Shown piece after piece: positions 61,708-64,000 of a stretch of 64,000 bases of DNA. Position numbers and translations under genes: made by a program. Position 1 is the stretch's first letter. The number at the start of each line of letters is the position of its first letter. The DNA lies in NCBI GenBank assembly GCA_951406725.2, contig OX597823.1, positions 35,154,001-35,218,000 of the forward strand. Direction: 5' to 3'. The notes below the pieces were generated by a model. It was not told the DNA's origin, ran no database searches, and saw nothing but the letters and a program-made list of their open reading frames with translations. The DNA is from Octopus vulgaris (lineage: Eukaryota).

Positions 61708-62497
61708 TAATAAATCCCAGCAATGGTTGAGAAGCTCAGGACTCAAAGCAGAGACTGAGGGATTTTTAATTGCAGTACAAAGCCTCCCCACCAGAAATTG
61801 CCAAAAACATATAATGAAAACAAGCATAAGTAATTGCAGAATATGTGGAGATGGACAAGAAACAATAAATCACATTGTCTCTGGTTACCCAGCCCTGGCT
61901 AAGAAGGAATATATTCACAGACACGACAGAGTTGGGACCTACATACACTGGAAGCTATGCCAACACTATGGAATAATAACAGAAAAAAGATGGTATAAGC
62001 ACACACCAGAAAAGGTCACAGAAAACGAGAAATCGACCATACTCTGGGATATGACAATACACACAGATAGAGAAATTAAGGCCAATAGGCCAGATATAGT
62101 TGTCAGGGATCATGAAGAAAAAAAAATGCTTTCTGATTGATGTATCAATACCAGTAGATGACAACGTTTCTCTAAAAGAAATGGAGAAACTTTCAAAATA
62201 AAAAGACCTGGAAATAGAGGTAACTTGAATGTGGTATCTAAATACAGAAACAATTCCTATCATAGCGGGCGCATTAGCGGTGATAAAAAATATTCAGATA
62301 TATACATAACAAAACCACCAGGACTTACAAATATATACATCATACAGAAAATTGCACTACAGGGCATGCACACATCCTACGCAAAACACTTTCAATACAG
62401 TAACCATAAGAGCATTACAGCAAACCACAGCACATACTCAAGGCACACAGAGCTGCGCTCGGTAGTGAAATGAAAGTACGTTCTAAAAATAAAACTA

Positions 62498-62556
<59 letters not shown>
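61708..62556 (+). mobile_element. R4/Dong-like RLE LINE 3' fragment with (TAA)n tail
   Basis: LKAETEGFLIA, CRICG..ETINHIVSG, RHDRV, ILWD, ANRPDIV, IDVSIP. (AAT)n at 62501-62556. Confidence 0.85.
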
Positions 62557-63183
62557 GTTTATCATAGCAGCTCAAGATCAATGCTTACCTACCTACAAGG
62601 AACTACCAGGCCAACATATTAAAGAACGGCAGTAGCCCAACATGTCGTGTATGTCAACAACAAAATGATACTATTGATCATGTCTCCAAGTGCAGTCTTC
62701 TTGCGCCTACAGAGCATCTCAACAGGCATGATAGAGCTGCACAATATATTCACTGGGTAATTTGCAAAAGCCTGGACTTGCCCCATGAGAAAAACTGGTG
62801 GGAACACAAACCACCTCCAGTGCTTGAAAATGATCACATCTCACTCCTCTGGAACTTCACCATTCAAATTGACAGAAAGATAGATGCGAATAGGCCAGAA
62901 ATCATATTGAAAGACTGCAGACAAAAATCATGCCTCCTCATTGATATGACTGTCTCAAACAATATAAACGTATCTGTCAAGACCTACCAAAAATCTGAGC
63001 AAATATAAAGATCTGGAAAGAGTAATTAGCAAAATGTGGAACCTGAAGACTAAAACGATACCTGTTGTCATAGGTGCCCTGGGAATGATAGCAAAAGGGG
63101 CTGATTGCTACCTAGCTCAGATATCAGGAAACCCCAAAATGACAGAAATTCAAAAGATAGTGCTTATGGGAACTGCTCATATT
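62557..63183 (+). mobile_element. Second, diverged R4/Dong-like RLE LINE fragment
   Basis: FIIAAQDQCL, CRVCQ..DH..KCS, RHDRAA, ANRPEII, LIDMTV, IPVVIGALG. Confidence 0.82.
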
Positions 63184-63839
63184 ACCATATTGTATATAAA
63201 TAGTGGAGGTTAATGGTTAGAACGCATGACGCGTTGGTTAGATTCTTGCAGCGGTCATGATGCTGTGTCATTTAACAAGGTACTTCATTTCAGGTTGCTC
63301 CTTTCTACGCAGAGAAAAATGGGTACTATCTTAGTGTTAGTGCATTCTTCCACTTGGGATTAAGGTATGTGTGTCTCTGTGCAACAACATAGGCTCTAAA
63401 GTATTTAGCGAAAACATAGTCAACAAGGTCACACAGGCTTACGAATGTCGGCTATAGTTGTTTACATGAGTGTATGTGTAGGTGTGTTAATATATTAACA
63501 GAAAAAAATTGCTTTCTAATGTAATGTGGAGATTAAGTACAATTTAATCTCACCTGCTAGGTAGCAAAATTTGATAGATGTTTGCAGAAGTGGAACTAAT
63601 TAGCAAGAATATCTGCTGCCAATATTGACAACACATCTGTTTTTCTATGAAAATATTATTTCTACTCACTATATGAATAGTGGCCATAATTTGACAGACG
63701 ACTATTTTCTATTGCTTTCTCTCCCCATCTTTCTCGCTCTCTTTCTCTTTCTGTCTTTCATTGGCGCCTTCTTTGTGGGTTCTATTTTGTCTTGATTTTT
63801 CTTTTTTCTATCTTTTCTCCTTCCTTTTTTTTGGTAGCT

Positions 63840-63970
63840 ATATGTACAAATATACAAGCATATATACACACACATGTACACACACGTACACGTATGTATA
63901 TAGATAAACACATGCGCAAACACATGTATGTACACACACACACACACACATACATATATACATATATATA
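63840..63970. repeat. (CA)/(TA) microsatellite
   Basis: Directly visible. Confidence 0.9.
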
Positions 63971-64000
63971 AATAAACACTGTCAATAAGCCAATTATTGC

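Overview
AT-rich, microsatellite-rich eukaryotic (animal) DNA. The single-coding-exon C2H2 zinc-finger genes and the repeat landscape suggest an octopus or other coleoid cephalopod; this is inference. Three probable host genes are present: two convergent tandem C2H2 zinc-finger ORFs (10 fingers on +, 12 on -) and an intronless double-PDZ protein with a C-terminal membrane anchor (SYNJ2BP/OMP25-like architecture). The rest is nested, mostly decayed mobile DNA: Penelope-like elements (PLEs), CR1, Tx1/L1, Hero, RTE and R4/Dong LINEs, a Gypsy pol remnant, mariner, Tigger and hAT remnants, Helitrons, MITEs and several SINE families. The most interesting non-annotated signal is a set of minimal hammerhead ribozyme motifs in PLE termini and in small elements next to (TA)n tracts. 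One is canonical, two independently carry a CCGANGA (U4C) core, and several are decayed. Also notable are a SINE and a CR1 LINE that share a 3' tail, several readable nested insertions, and many long inverted repeats. All alignments, pairings and identities were read by eye; boundaries of decayed elements are approximate.
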